A stretch of DNA of 64,000 bases. Origin: Octopus vulgaris. Lineage: Eukaryota. This document shows positions 11,526-25,978 of the stretch, piece by piece; within the stretch, counting starts at the first letter, position 1; each line of letters begins with the position of its first letter. The stretch spans positions 12,276,001 to 12,340,000 of the forward strand of contig OX597820.1 in the NCBI GenBank assembly GCA_951406725.2, given 5' to 3'. The notes beneath the pieces are model-generated. The model worked only from the letters and a program-made list of their open reading frames with translations. It did no database searches and was not told the origin of the DNA. A program made the translations under genes and the position numbers.

Positions 11526-14500
11526 AAGAGTTATAGAGAAATAGAAAGGAAAAAAGAGAAAGAAATAGTATGAAATTGCATAACAGTTTGCGATTCAGAT
11601 GCTATGGAGCGTTGCTGAGACTTTGCCTTTGTAAATCATTAAGATAACCTGACTTTGGTCTGGGTATGACATTAAACTGTATCCAGTGGCAATGCTCCTT
11701 CGAGTCACCACTTAATCACCTTTACTCATAATTCCTCTTTGTCCGTTAGTGGTAATACATACCAGAGCCACACTCATTGGTTAGGTATCAGATGGTTCCG
11801 GGACTAAGGCATTCATTAATCGTAGAAGAGCTGACCTCTAGTAATTTGTCACACAAGACCACTAATGTGTTGACACGCCCTGATGTCAAGTGAACCAGGT
11901 TCCATGCCTAAGGGTTAAGTAGATCAGTGTATGAGCTCGAGGGGACAGTAGAGTAGCATCTTAAACTGTAAATAAAGTTGTAAACATCAAAGGAGAGCTA
12001 CTGCTGATATGGACACTGACAATAATATTTCTGTGTGCAGAGGGGAATATGATATGGATGTTGATATGGGTGCTGGCAAGGAAATTTGTGCATGGAGAGA
12101 GAGGGGGGTAGAGACGAAACGCCGTTTCCTTGAAAAGAATAGTAATTGTAACTTTATACCGTTGAAAGAAACAAAATCCTCATTTCTCATTCAAGGACGC
12201 TCTCAAAGTTTTGTTCTTGGAGGTAGTTCAGGTCTGACGTAAGGTTCCATTTTGATGGCACATTTGTCCGGAAGGTTACAAGGAAATGAATGATAGCACA
12301 ATTTATATAGAAAGAAAGAGTTGTAAGAGTGACGACAAACAACTCGTTAATATAGAGAAGGAGGAGTATGAAAAACAAATGAATTTCTTATCACCTCATA
12401 ATTTAGAGACAAACTTGTCAACAAACTTTGAAATATAACATTCAAACAGGAAATTTCAAATACAAGATAGAAGTAACGAATGAAGCCCATCGGCGAACTA
12501 AAAGATTCTTATGCTAGACACAGTCGAAATCATTGATGATATCAAGTGCATTGTCATTTATTTCGTAGAATTTCCCAGAGGCAAGTGTGCGAATATATAA
12601 CAAGTATTCTTTTTTTTAATTCTGTTTAACTATTTGCTTTCTACTAATATTTGCAGGCAAATAGTAACATTTAGTTGTTGTTGTTGTTCCTGTATATGTA
12701 TAAATAATTATTTATATTATAAATCTTGCTCATTCTTAGACATCGCTGCCTTACTTGCCGTTTCTGTCACTTTCATTTTTTAAAATCTTTTATTCTCCAA
12801 TCTCATTTAAACAAGTTTTACTATAATTATGATTGTATTTCTCCCCCAAAGAAGGGCTCTACACAAAACATTAGCTTTTATCCCTTCTAGCACATGAATA
12901 TAAGGAGGTTTTTGAATATTTTGTCAAAGCTAATCACTTTTTGTAACTTGGACAGAAGCATTTTCTTTACATTTGAATTGGTTAATTCCTTTGACTCAAC
13001 AATTTTCTTTGACAATCAGTTCTAGTTTAAGAAGGCTTTCTGCCTCCTTTCAATACTAACAAGAATAATTTGCATCAATAACATATTATTGATATCTGAA
13101 TTCCCAATTTTTGTCCTTTTATTAAGTTTATTTTCCTGATATTGTATTATGGGGCATATGTTATTTTCCCCCACCTACAACCGAAAAGCTTCGAAAGTAA
13201 ATCATAAACCCGTGTGTGTATGCACACGTGTGCAAACATGTGAATTTATGTTTGTGAGCATGCGAGTATGCATACACAGATATGCATGATCTTGTGTAAA
13301 TATTAACACAAATGTGTTGCACAAATACTTGCATACATTTCATTGATCCGAAATGTTCAATCTAGCAATATATTTTGTGTACACTAAGAATTAAAGTAAC
13401 AATAATTTCGCCCGAAATAGAATCTTTAGCATGCAGCACAAGTAATATTAACTGTGATAAAGAAAAGGCGAAACCAAGTATGAAAACATTAACAATATTA
13501 TCATGAAAGAAAAAATACCTTTACAATAGATGAATTTAATAATGCTGTTGTCGGTGATAAATTAATGAAAGCTTCGTCAGTTGCAGCACGAACCGCCTCC
13601 CCTTCAAAGAAAAGAAAAAGAAACAAGAAATTACCACTATAGTAAATCTTGTAGAAAATACTTTCAAAATCAAACGCATGATAGCGATTTTACCGACTTC
13701 CACAAAATATCAATAATTTTAAAAACACCAATTCCAAAAAGATATATTATAAGATTTTATAAGAAACGAATAGAACGAAATGTTGGTCCTTGAACCTCAT
13801 GCTCCTATGTAGCGGATGCCAACTACCATTGAGGGAATAGCGTTAGTTGTGTGTTTCATTCAGTGTATTTCATTTCTAAAAAGTGAATAAAATAAAATTA
13901 GGCAAAATACAATAGTAAACTTATTTGTTTGAACGAAGGCAGAATTTAAATTATAAGCATACATAACAACGAAAATATCCGTTTACATAAAGAAACTCTG
14001 ATACACCGGTACGTGTTCAAATGAAAATACGTCCTTAAAAATGCATGTGCTTACGCGCGAGCGTGTGCAAATTAATATGAGATTGCGAAAGTATAACAAT
14101 TTTTCCTAGAGAATTGAGAGCAAAATATAAAACCAATAGAATTTGTTCTTGTGACGTTTGAAGAATATGCAATTGAAAATGGGAAGATTGAAAAATGAAT
14201 AAAATCATTATATTTAAAGAATTTTTCTTCACTAATTATATTTTTATGCATGCTTTACTTGTTTCATTGCATGATATGCGCCAACCATAGCAGTAATGTG
14301 TACCTCGATTTCGTGCAATATGTACTTTGTTTAGTAGGAGGAGGTGCTTTCTTGATATTGGAATTACGTAACACGCAAGCAAATTCTACTAGTGCTACTG
14401 GCACTCTTTTCTGTATATGTGTCAGTCCTTTGGATTTTGGTCATATATGTGTTAGCAACTTTTTCTTATCCTTCGTAAGGTACCTATTATCACGTGAATT

Positions 14501-15099
14501 GATTCTCTTTTCATTTCCCGCGTCCTGGTTTCGAGAAATATATATTTGTACAATATCAACATTTCCATTAAGATAAATTATAATCTCTTGAATCGTCAGA
14601 GAATTGCAATACGATAGTTGGTACGGCTAATTTAAGGCCTATGTTGATATAGTACCAGTCCAGAAGAATAGACTTGCGCAAATGTTAGAACATTTCACAA
14701 AATGTCTGGATGTGTTTGTTCTGACTGTTGGGAGTTAGGCTGTGAGGACATTAATGCCAGATCCTATAAACCTCGCCTATATTTTGAAAGGTCTCAGTGG
14801 TGTGGAGAGGGGCGATTTAATAAGCGGGCAAGTACTGACATTCCATGAAACATCTTCACCAAATCTACATCCCGGAAAAGACCTTTCCAGATGGAGTTAC
14901 AGACCCTTTTGGGACTGGTATTTTTATGGGGATGCATTACTTTTCCTGGTGTCTGTTGGGACTGGTTTGTTGGGTCTGGAATTTTCATAAGAATACATTA
15001 GTTTCTTGGTAATCCTTCACAATAATATTCTGTCAATTAATAGAAATCTTCCTGCCAATATGGATTGTTACATCTCAGAATATAGTTATTGCAACAGAC

Positions 15100-15830
15100 T
15101 CTCAGTCTTTTTCTAACTCGCATTTATGCCACCTTATTGCTGTTGGTATTTCACAATGTTGACATACTTGTCTATAGAAATTCTTACTTTCTCAAGCGAA
15201 TGGATAAATTAAATAAATTCTCTTTTGGCTAAAGTAAAATATATGGCTCTTCCTTCTTAACATCAAAATATTCTATGTTCCTTAATGTAATCGCATTGCA
15301 TTGCTTTGGTCGTTACAAGTGATAATATTCTGATTCCGTAGCGCAAGTAAAAATACTTCAGTATCAGTCTTGTGCTTGTTAGCAAGTGTTGATATTTCTC
15401 ATTATCTTTTTAAAGCCCTGCTTGATTTTTATTCAAGCATTGATAGTACTTGCATCTTTCTCGTCATCATTTTGGCATGGTTTGCTGTAGCTCTAATTTT
15501 TAGCCTTTTCTCAATTACTATTGATTACTATTTTCTTCTCAAGTGTAAGTTATTTCTGTCTCTGTTGTATATTTGTCGAATTCCTTGAAGGTGGAAAACC
15601 AGTGTTTTTTGCTTCAACCAGATTTTCTGTAATTTATTCTCTTGAACTCTTTATCTCACAGTTCATCTCAAATGTTTGCTCTTTGATTGTACCCTTCGCT
15701 TCCATTTAGACCCAAACCGTATTGTTTGATTATGTCGTCTTACCATTGTCTTGGAGGTTTTCCAACCCGTCTCTTTCCATTCCTTGGATACCACTTGACA
15801 GCTTCACGGTTCCATCAGCTCCGTGAGCTT
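15100..15830 (-). mobile_element. Decayed RTE-clade LINE 3' fragment
   Basis: Minus strand reads WNREAVKWYPRNGKRRVGKPPRQW*DDIIK, the typical RTE ORF C-terminal motif. The left boundary is uncertain. Confidence 0.55.
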
Positions 15831-17439
15831 TGAGACTCTCAGAATTCGTGGTAAATACAATCTTTCATTCTTAGCATAATTACTATATTAATTCAGCATC
15901 CGATTGGTAATATCACACGCGAACATACATACACGGTTGTGTGTGTGTGTGAGAGTATTTCTATGTCTTACATATTACTGGGATGGTTCGAATATTGATT
16001 TCGGCTACCTCATCTCCTTTTGTCGTTTCAAAGCACCGTTTGAAGTATTAATGTGTTGCATAGATATTCATTTCCACACTTTTCTTTCATGTACATGTAT
16101 GTTGCACTCCGACTTTCTCATTGATTCCTAAGTATTCTTAAGTTTCTATTTCGTTTAATTCTTTTGTCTCAGTTACTTAACTAGCATGCTATTAGTGTTC
16201 GTAATTGATTTCCATTTCTTCAACGCTGTATCGGCGCATTTTCCTTATCCGAAACGCATGACAAGTCCTCTAATTACATCCTAATACTGTCTGTAACATT
16301 ATTTCTGCTTGTTTATCATCTGAAGTGAATAAACTGAAGTCGTTTGCACACAAAGAATGATTGATTTTTCTTTCATAAAATTTCGATTCGAGTCCATTCT
16401 AGTTAAAGAAATTATATACATCTAGTATTGATGCATAAATATACAAAAATTGAAACTCACAATAATTGACATTGTTATAAACCTTTGCACCGATACACAT
16501 AAAAGATAATGTCAAACTAAATTAAGGGTCAAAATTTATTTCTGAAGTCTCGTTAATTAAATTGGAAAGCTTTATATGGATATGAGAGGAATTCTATATG
16601 CATATTTTACTGCTACGCTCTGTCGAAAAACCAAACTACAACAATGTGCTTTTATTAAATTAGGGGAGAAAATAACCCAGAAGACCCACAAAATAACCCT
16701 CAGTGCTGTGCTCCAACGGATTAGCTTCCTTAAATATATACATTTTTAAAAACACAAATTAGCAGAAATCAAGAGTGACAATGAGAAGAAATAAACATAA
16801 ATAAAAAATAAAAGTATTGAGAATGCAAAAGATGAAAATAAATTTAACGTTCGCAAAACAAAGTAAACATGACAATACGACCCGGCGTTACATTATCTAC
16901 AGAATATTGCCCAATAAAAATATAGGTAAAAAACATGAGAAAAACTGAAGAATATGAATTTCTGAAAGTAGAATGTTCAATATTCTCCATCCAGTGAAAT
17001 TTAAATACAATTTAATGAATGTAGGCTTATACGTGAGCCACTTCAGGTTTGATGATCCGATAACGCAGTGATCAAACAGGCTTTTATAGCGTAACGTGCA
17101 CAATTCGGCAATCGCTTAGTCCCGAATGAAATGTTGACGAGCAGAAAATACTAAGTAAAGTTTTAAGGGATAGAGCGATAATTTCGGTATTGGAATATAA
17201 TCTCATAACCCCTTAACATTCAGGTTATTCTGTCAGTTGTAATGCTTGTGAAAATATTTTTAATGTTGAGTGCGCACAACTATGAGTGCTATACCCATTT
17301 GGAAAAGTCGATTGGGAGAAAGTCTAAAGGGCGTTAAAATGTTTGTCTAATCCAGTGAGGTGGGAGGCATTGTTCAGTTCAACAACAGAAACTTTGTAAT
17401 CGTCTGTGATCTCAAGTGTATAAGATCACTGTATTTCTT

Positions 17440-17760
17440 TAATATAGTACCGATGTGTGTTCATTCAGTTACACAGAGCCTTCTTTTTAAACTTGCTAAT
17501 GCATGGCCTAGATCTGGTAACGTTGCTCTAATTAATGATGTGTGGTATACTGCTGTATTTCAGGTTCTATATAAGCTTGCTAGTATTGTGTTTTTCTTCA
17601 ATGTGCCTGAAGGAATACTGATGGCTGTCATATCTGTGTTTGAAATCAGTTTTCTACTGTTGAACATATCTTTTATATCAGGGAAGTGTTTACCTGTCAG
17701 GGCCGTGTACCTAAATTAATAACATTCAACAAGAAAGGTGCGGCGAACCATGCAACTTTC
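17440..17760 (-). pseudogene. Decayed PLE GIY-YIG C-terminal fragment from a second, non-Neptune lineage
   Basis: Minus strand reads TDFKHRYDSHQYSFRHIEEKHNT-SKLI*NLKYSSIPHIIN*S..RSRP..RLCVTE, matching the PLE pattern FKxRYxxHxxSF...LSKxIWxLK...IxW...CxLCxxE. Confidence 0.7.
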
Positions 17761-17769
17761 CTAGTTTCT

Positions 17770-17811
<42 letters not shown>

Positions 17812-17828
17812 GTATCATATATATATAT

Positions 17829-18130
17829 ATCACGTGATCACGTGACCGACCAGACCATCAGATGTTGCTACACATCGCTGGTCACAATGCGTTCGCATTG
17901 TTTTAGCCTTCGAATGACGCCTCCCCACAGGCTAAGCGAGCAGGCCAACAGAAAAAAGAGTGAGAGAAAGAGTGGTGAAAGAGTACACCAGGGATCACCA
18001 CCCCCTGCCGGAGCCTTGTGGAGCTTTTAGGTGTTTCGCTCAATAAACACACACAACGCCCGGTCTGGGAATCGAAACCGCGATCCTACGACTGCGAGGC
18101 CGCTGCCTTAACCACTGGGCCATTGCACCT

Positions 18131-18132
<2 letters not shown>
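17829..18132 (-). mobile_element. Full-length tRNA-derived SINE (OR-type head, tail type 2)
   Basis: A box TGGCCCAGTGG and B box GGTTTCGATTCCC; the tail ends CACGTGATCACGTGAT. Lies between (CA)n and (TA)n. Confidence 0.9.
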
Positions 18133-18177
<45 letters not shown>

Positions 18178-19092
18178 TATGTATATATGCACGTACGTAT
18201 GTTTGTGTATGTGTCTGCGTATGTGCGTATGAGTGTGGGTATCGATGGGTATGGAATCTCTTGTATTATGTTTGTGAGTGCGTGTGTGAGTGTATGTGTG
18301 TGTAGTGATCGATCGCTATGCATTGAAAAATCAACTTCCAGGCAGGGAATGAAAAAAAGAAACAAAGCTAATAAAATAAAATGGGGGAAAGCAGGAATAG
18401 GTAGAAAATATGAGAAATATGCCAGAATGGCTGAAAAAAAGAATTGTGTAAAGCGTATACACGTGAGAGTCAAATTGCAAATAAAAAAGATGGGAAAGTA
18501 TAAAAAAATAATATAAATTCAAGGAAATATGAACAAAATACGAAAGAAAATGATGAAAATGAAAACGAACATACACTGACTAAAAAATATAATGTCAAAC
18601 TTGAAAAATGAGGAGATAGAAGTGTGATATAATGTATTTTAAAATAATTTTCTTGAAGGAAAAGACATAAAATCGATAAATTGGCACATTAGAACAGGAA
18701 TAAAGTAGGAAGGAAAAGAAGGTTTTGTAAAATTTAGGAATATTTTGACAAAGTTAAATGTAGTCAAAAAGATTATAGAAAAAGAGATAAAGTGTATAAA
18801 GAGAATTGATGGACAGACAGAATTCACAAGCTTTGCATGAGAATTACCAGTCTATATGAAGAACAAAATGATGAGGAAATAAAAAGAGAAGCATGGAGAT
18901 AATTTCTGACAATGGATGATATAAAGCTAGATAGAGATACCAAATATGTGTATTAGTTTGTATTTGTGCGAATTTTATTGTGTAAAATAACAGCGGCTAA
19001 AATATTAGTGAATGCACAGTTGAAAATAGAATTGAAAATTTCAGATTAAAAGTTTAGAGTATAAAGCTGATGTCCATACAAAATTTGGAAGG

Positions 19093-19126
<34 letters not shown>

Positions 19127-19402
19127 GAAAGAGAAAGAGAGAGAGAGAACGAGAGAGAGAGAGAGTAGCAGAGAGAACGTAGGAGATAATAGAAAAAGAA
19201 AGAGTCTGTTTGTGGTTATTAGTGTGTATGTGTTCATATGCGTCTGTTTATGTAAATAAATAATTGAGAGGAGAAAACAGCAAATAATAACTGAGGAAAA
19301 AAACCTCTGGAATAATAGAAAGATGGGTAAAAGAAAAGATATATATATATATATATATACGTACACACAAACACATACACATGCTCAACACACACACACA
19401 CA

Positions 19403-19445
<43 letters not shown>

Positions 19446-20844
19446 CACAAAGGAGAGTGTTGAAAGGTATAACGAAAAATAGTGAAGTATATACTGACAG
19501 ATGGAGATACATAATGATGAAAAAATTTATACGCTAAGAGAGGAAAAGGAAAAAAAAAAGGTGAAAGAAATCGTGGAAAAAATAATACTCATCTTACGGA
19601 AACAAGATTATTTGGGGGAGAAAACAATAAAAAATGACAATTCGATGAATAGAATATTTTAAGGAGATACGAATTGGAAAAAAATGCCAGAGAAAGTTGA
19701 AATAAATAAAATAAATGATGAGCATAAAAATAAAGAGTAAACAGAGTAGAAGTTAAAATGGGAAATAATATATAGCATACAAAAAATTGAATTGGAAAAA
19801 AGGGGAAAATCACGATAAAAGAAGGGCAAAAAGCTATGAAGTACAAAAGAAGAAAAGTATGTTGGCAACAGTATTTTAATGAGATGGAAAATTCGGAAGT
19901 GGTTAAAGCCTATAACGTAAGAAGAAGAAAGAGCAAGTATTTTAATTCCGTTGATAACAATCGAAGATATCAGATAGTAATGAAGATATACAGAAGAGAA
20001 GAGAGGTAGATTGAGTGGAGTGGTGAAAAGGGGAGAGAGAGGGAGGGAGAAAGAGAAGAAGGAAGGAACGAGAAAGAAAGAAAACTGATATGATAGCATG
20101 CTTATGATTAAGAGTGTTTTGCGGAGTAGTGGTCCAGAGAATTCAATAAATGAATCTAGAAAGAATACTGCTCGACTAAAAGGTAAAAAAAAAAAGACGG
20201 CAAAAATACAAGATGCAAATGATTGGTCGCAAACCACAGAAAGAGGAAATGAGTGTAAGGGGAAAATCAGAGACAGAAGCCTGTGATATACAGTAAAGAT
20301 ATGAAAGTAAAGCGGTTGCTCACTGTAGAAAAGAGAATACGCTTCTTTGTCATGCTAAAAGCGAGAGTGGGAAACTTTAAAAAAATTATCATTAAACTGG
20401 GAAACAGAAAATAAATAAGAAACATAAAGTGAATATATAAATACGTTGACGGAACTACTCACACACACATGCTGATGCATACATGTATATACTTATGTGT
20501 GACAATACATGCGCATTTATTGAGTGTATGTACATGCTACTGACTAATCCGATGCTACTATAATGCAATACAAGATAGAAAAGTGTAGGCGTAGGGAAAG
20601 CAGTGATCAAAGTACTACAGGAAATTCTATAAATTTCCGGGGATAAGTGATTGGTAAGTTTATAACGTAAAAGCAAAGATCCACCAGGACAATATATGAA
20701 CTGAAAAGAGCATGGTTATATACCTATCTATTCTATATGTGCAACCATAGATTGATTGTGTATGTACGTATATATATATATATATATATACATGGAGACA
20801 ATATAAATTGTCAAATTTTGCCCGAACACCTTGTATGTATATGT

Positions 20845-20914
<70 letters not shown>

Positions 20915-21479
20915 GTATATGTATACACACACACACATATATATGATTGTGTGTTTGTGTTTCTGTGTGGCGGAATGGTTTCTGATTTAGTAACAGGGTC
21001 TGTAATTTTAACGAGAATGGTTAGTCAAAAACTCCGACTCAATTACTTGTGTAGTAGTTTATTAACCCAGGGAGGACCACAAGTGGATTTGAACTCAGCG
21101 CTATTTCAAACCAGAACGCAAAGGCTGAATATATTAAGATATACTATACTATACTATAATATAATATGATATAATATAATATTGATAGTACTTGTGCTGA
21201 GGTGAGGAAGTGTTCGTAGAGTAAAAAAGAAAATATTTGTCAATGGTAATGCTACTTCTAAATTGTGATTAAATATAGAGAAAATGATATGCTTTTCATT
21301 TTATTTATTTGTATTACTGTTGTGGTTATCTAGTAATAACTTGTCTGCGTACCACCAATTAGCTAATTCCTTCTGTAGCCAAAATTCTAGATAGTCTGGG
21401 TGATACATTTCAAGCAAGTCTTTTTTTAATGTATCTAGAATGGATGTATAACTTGCGTCATTAAGATCACATTTTCTAT

Positions 21480-22290
21480 CCATCTTCTCTTGTAAGGAAC
21501 AGAAATATGTGTTCTCGCACATGGTCAATTTGAAGCCCCCGAAGATTTTAACATTAGTATTCTCCACGACTTTTTGTGGTTTGTGGTCATGCCATTTGAC
21601 CACGCCAATAAGACGACTTTTCTGACACAGTCCTAGACGGGTGATCCTAGCTACATTATCATGTCTGAGTTTATATTAAGTTTGTTTTCCTTCTGTACAC
21701 CCTGATGTTTCATGGAAGATCGACTCGTCCTATTCATACCACAATCTAAATTTTTCTAATACACCTTATTTACACCTAATTTTCTGCATCCAGTTCGTGC
21801 GAAGAGCTTGAACCTTAGCTGCAAAAATAAAATATCAAAATCCTTTAGTAGCCACCTCCAAGATTTAATATTATCTCAACTTCATTCCTGGCTTTTAATT
21901 GTTTTCCAGTGTTTCTTTGTCTCTCAGAGTAAGCTGAGAATATTATCTGCTACTCCACACATACTTGGTGTCTTTTGTTTAAATCCAAGAATGATGTATC
22001 AAACCGAAAGCTTCACGATAATCCATCCACACTATATTTAGTCTTACTCGACACCTCTTACATTTTCTCATTACAATCATTCCAAAAAGTAGTTCACCGT
22101 TTTGTATTATTTTTCCTTTTCTACATCATTTTGTTAGTCAATAAAGAGATTCCTTATTTCCAAATGGATGTATACTTTTTCGCTATAACATCCGGGAAAG
22201 ATCCCTTAGATAGGTCCTTAATTGAAATTTCATTACTCTTTCCAATATCATTCAAAAAATTTATGTAACACAGGATGTTAATCATTCAGG
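21480..22290 (-). mobile_element. Decayed, internally deleted R4/Dong-clade LINE (RT and RLE region)
   Basis: Minus strand reads LNIVWMDYREAFGLIHHSWI..CGVADNIL (RT), then SGC..YKLRHDNVARI and WHDHKPQKVVENTNVKI (after the CCHC motif). Confidence 0.8.
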
Positions 22291-23129
22291 AATACTTCAA
22301 CTTTTCGTGCATTCATATGTTTTTCTCTGGAAGGGGTGCGTTCTCCCGGTCATTAATTCTCGTTGCTGTCAGCACCTGTTAGGTGGGGGACAGGACATCA
22401 ACCTTAACAGGGGACCTCAGCGTTATCTTGTGAATCTTTATATAGCTTACAAACTTATACAAAATCCTCTAAATTTTACTATAGATTAAATTTTTAAACA
22501 AATTCTCATCTTAATCAATTTGAAGATTATATATAATTGTAAGGTATAAAGTATAAAAATCTGATTGCTCTACTACCTGTTTATCACATTTTCTGGTCGT
22601 TGATGGCTCGAAGTATTTTTCCGAGAAATCTCGCTTGCTACTACGTATTTATCATTCGTTGAAAATTTACGTTCATTTTTCTTGCACCGAAGAGTTATTC
22701 GATTAATATTTTTTGAAAAATTAAAGCATGGATAAAGTTTAAACAATTTTTATGTAAAAGACGTTAATTTGCCGAAATTTTTTCTTCATGTACAACAGTC
22801 GTAAATAAAATTTTACTTTAATCATATCTCAGTAACGAAGTAAATATTTGAACAAATATAGAATTTGTATATTCCAGCTGTTTTTGTGGAATGTGCCAGT
22901 CTGGCCCGAGATTAAGCCGAAACAGCAACTTTCTAAGACAAGTAGAACACCTGCCAATTGTTAATCATTTCTACTTTAGATCAATGTCGCTATTCATATA
23001 AATAAATGTGCTAAATTCTTCATTCTCAAAGTTCTCTTGCGTGTCTTCGAAGATATTTTTCTGTTATATTGCTCTAATTGATTCAATTTTGTTTCAAAAG
23101 CATTTGAACCATTTTCTGAATTACCATCT

Positions 23130-25500
23130 CTGTGTTAGTTATTATTTGGTCAAGATAAAGAGGTATACAATAAGTAAACGTTGGTTAACATTGGCATTCT
23201 TCTTTCTATGTAAGAATATTTTACCATTATAGAATTTTGTACAAACGATCAGCTCGTAATTTTAACAAACTGTATGAGGCAATCAGATGTTCCCAATCAG
23301 AATGTTATGACATGCATAGAATTCTGCTGATCATCTTTGATGAATTTTGTTCACTTTTAATATGTGGAGAATCTGTACATAATTTTGTGAGTAGTCTGAT
23401 ATTCGTTTTATTACCTCATACTGTTCTGCCAGTACATTAGGACATATGCCATTATGAAAATAATCAAGGTTCTCATTAGTTGTCACTAGCTTGCAAAAGA
23501 CAATAAAGGTGTGAACGCGTCAGATATAGCAAGTTCAAACTGGTTGTTCAAAAAGTTTTCAGGAACACAAAATACCTATTTACGAATGAAAACACTAAAA
23601 CTTCTGCGATCCACATCAAATTGATGTCTTTGACACTATTTTTTTTTTCAATCCTCAGTTAGAAATTTAGCTCTGTTCTATCGATTTAAGTAAGCAATGC
23701 TTCTTTTCAACCTGCTAGTAGCAGTTTCTTTATTAACCACTTGACTGCTTTGAGAAAAACCTGAACTTCTTGCGTAATGTCTGCTAATTGTAATGCTACC
23801 AGTTTGAAGCCTGTGCTGAAAAGAAAAATATAAAGAAAATTTGCTGTAAAGCGTATTGTCTACGGCAGTTATAAATTTCCCTAAGATTTCAGCTTGGTTT
23901 ACGTTACTTTGTTGTGACTAGGTAGCTGATGTTTTCCATGAGACCAGAACACGAGATATGTTAAGAATTTAATTCATTTCACTCGCAAACCTTGTAGGAG
24001 TTGCGTTAAATAAGATGAAGATATTGTTACAATTTGCTCCAGCACTGAGTGTTTTTCGTGTTGGCGACTGAAAAAAAGAATGTAGGCAATTGCACCAACT
24101 TTTGCACTCATATGCTGAATTTTTTAGTCTAACTTGCAGTTATTTTTGAATGCAAGCAACTACTGCACTTACTGATTTAGGCAATCTGATGGAAGTTTAA
24201 AATGAGATTTGCAGTCGAGCCAGTCTAGTTTAGTTTATACAGTAGCTTGTAAACATTAACATTTGAAAACCTGGATGGATGTAATACATTTCTAAATCTC
24301 TCAGAGAGATCTATGCACTAGTTACACGATAAAGTGACAGTATATTGTCAACTTAATGTGACAGTCTCATGAAAGGGAAGAATGTTACTGTTATTTAGCC
24401 CTATGAAACACCGTTTCCTGTTTGACTTGACACATTTCCTGTCAAGTCCTTACGTTTTCAAAGTGGAGACAAGCACCTCCACCCAGCAAAGCCAGCATCC
24501 AAGAGTAGTTTCAGAGTCATTGCTCATCATCAGTCTGGAGTAGCACGGCTTGCTAGCTGTCGATGCCTATCCGCCTCTGAAAACATATACGTTTCAAGTG
24601 AAATAAATCACTGACTTTTGAAAATATTATTTCTATTTTCAAAAATCAGTGAATGCTACTCCAGACTGATGAGCAATGACACTGAAACTAATCTCCGAGT
24701 GCTGGCTTTGCTGGGTGGAGATGCTTGTCTCCACTTTGAAAACATGAGAACACAGGAAATGTGTCATGTCCAACAGGAAACGGTGTTTCCTAGGTCTGAA
24801 TAACAGTAGCATTCTTCCCTTTCATAGGACTGTCACATTAAGTTGAGAACATACTATAACTCTACAGGACGGATGTGTTGGAATTCGAATCTAGCATCTT
24901 CATATAAACGGAAGGTTTATTAGTGAAAGTCTTCTGCATTTCAGAAGCTAGTATCCTGGATAACCACTGTGTGGTAAGCATGAGTATCGAGGCATCATTG
25001 ATTCATCCTTTCACTAATTATGTCATAAAGTTGTTTGTTTGTATTCCGCGCTGTGTGCAAAAATAGATCTTTAGATGCATTTTCAATTTCATTTAAAGAA
25101 AATATTAACTTTGTTTTCACATGTATTTCATGTATAATATGCTATATGTGGTTGCTTAAAAACTGCTTCCCTATACCTTGTATCCTGTTCTGTGTAAATG
25201 GTAAGTGTCGGTTGATACATTACGGCATGGTGTTTCAGTATCGTCGCTGCAAGAAGGGATATTTTAAGATATTGCATTCTCTCCGTTGCATTTTATTATC
25301 TGATTCACACTGGTACACCACTAGGTGAATTTTCTGCGACATACTCCATCAAAACAATTTTTGCATTCACTCTTATATTCTTTGCTGCTGATAAATTATA
25401 ATTAATTTATGCCTCTGACCTTTCGGGTCTGATAGATTATAGTACAACTTCCAAAATTAAAAACACAAATATTAACAGTTTTTTCTGCATAGAGTCGTGG
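23130..25500 (-). mobile_element. Highly decayed hAT-like transposase, interrupted by the fold-back at 24333-24861
   Basis: Minus-strand peptides TRYREAV..NH..HE, NDASILMLTTQWLSRILASEM and C-terminal SRILCMS*HSDWEHLIASYSLLK..MPML resemble the hAT dimerization motif (HSAxxERxxS). Many stops; no TIR found. Confidence 0.5.
24333..24861. repeat. Fold-back of two ~210-bp head-to-head arms (24333-24545, 24654-24861), each with a decayed hammerhead-like motif; probable inverted PLE terminal repeats
   Basis: The arms are reverse complements over their full length. The right arm has GCTACTCCAGA-CTGATGA-GCAATGACACT-GAAAC-TAATC-TCCGAGTGC. The spacer has its own hairpin at 24609-24651. Confidence 0.85.
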
Positions 25501-25945
25501 GCAGACACATTTGCTGAATTTATCTTTTGCTTAGTTTTATAAAAGTGTACGACATTATCTCTTAGCTACAGCATTAGCAACAATGTCGCTGGAATAAGAA
25601 TAACTGAATTTATGGGATGAGACAGCAGAAAAGAAATCTGAACTTCAACAGAAAACATGAATATAAAATATCACATCAATGACCTAATCTTTCGACATTT
25701 ATTAACAAATAGATGTTTATCTAATATGTGTTACGCTTTGCACATTGTTTGAGTGAATTAAGCATTACATCATATAAATAAATAAATAAATATATATATA
25801 TATATATATATATTTATACACCCACGCACATACACACACACACACATATAACCAAACATCTCTCACTATTTATCTATCGATATATATGTACGTGTGTGTT
25901 TGTGTGTGTTTGTGGGCGTGCCTGTGTGTGTAATTAACAGTCCGG

Positions 25946-25978
<33 letters not shown>

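Noticed and set aside
17035-17340. HFRFDD peptide and TAACCCC..AAGGGCGTTAA ends suggestive of piggyBac
   Set aside because: The matches are too short and degenerate to support a call.
18330-20450. Long A/G-skewed stretch, with 192-aa and other Phe/Leu-rich minus-strand ORFs that look like membrane proteins
   Set aside because: The hydrophobic ORFs arise from the T/C-rich strand. It is probably a very old LINE, but no motif was clear enough to call.
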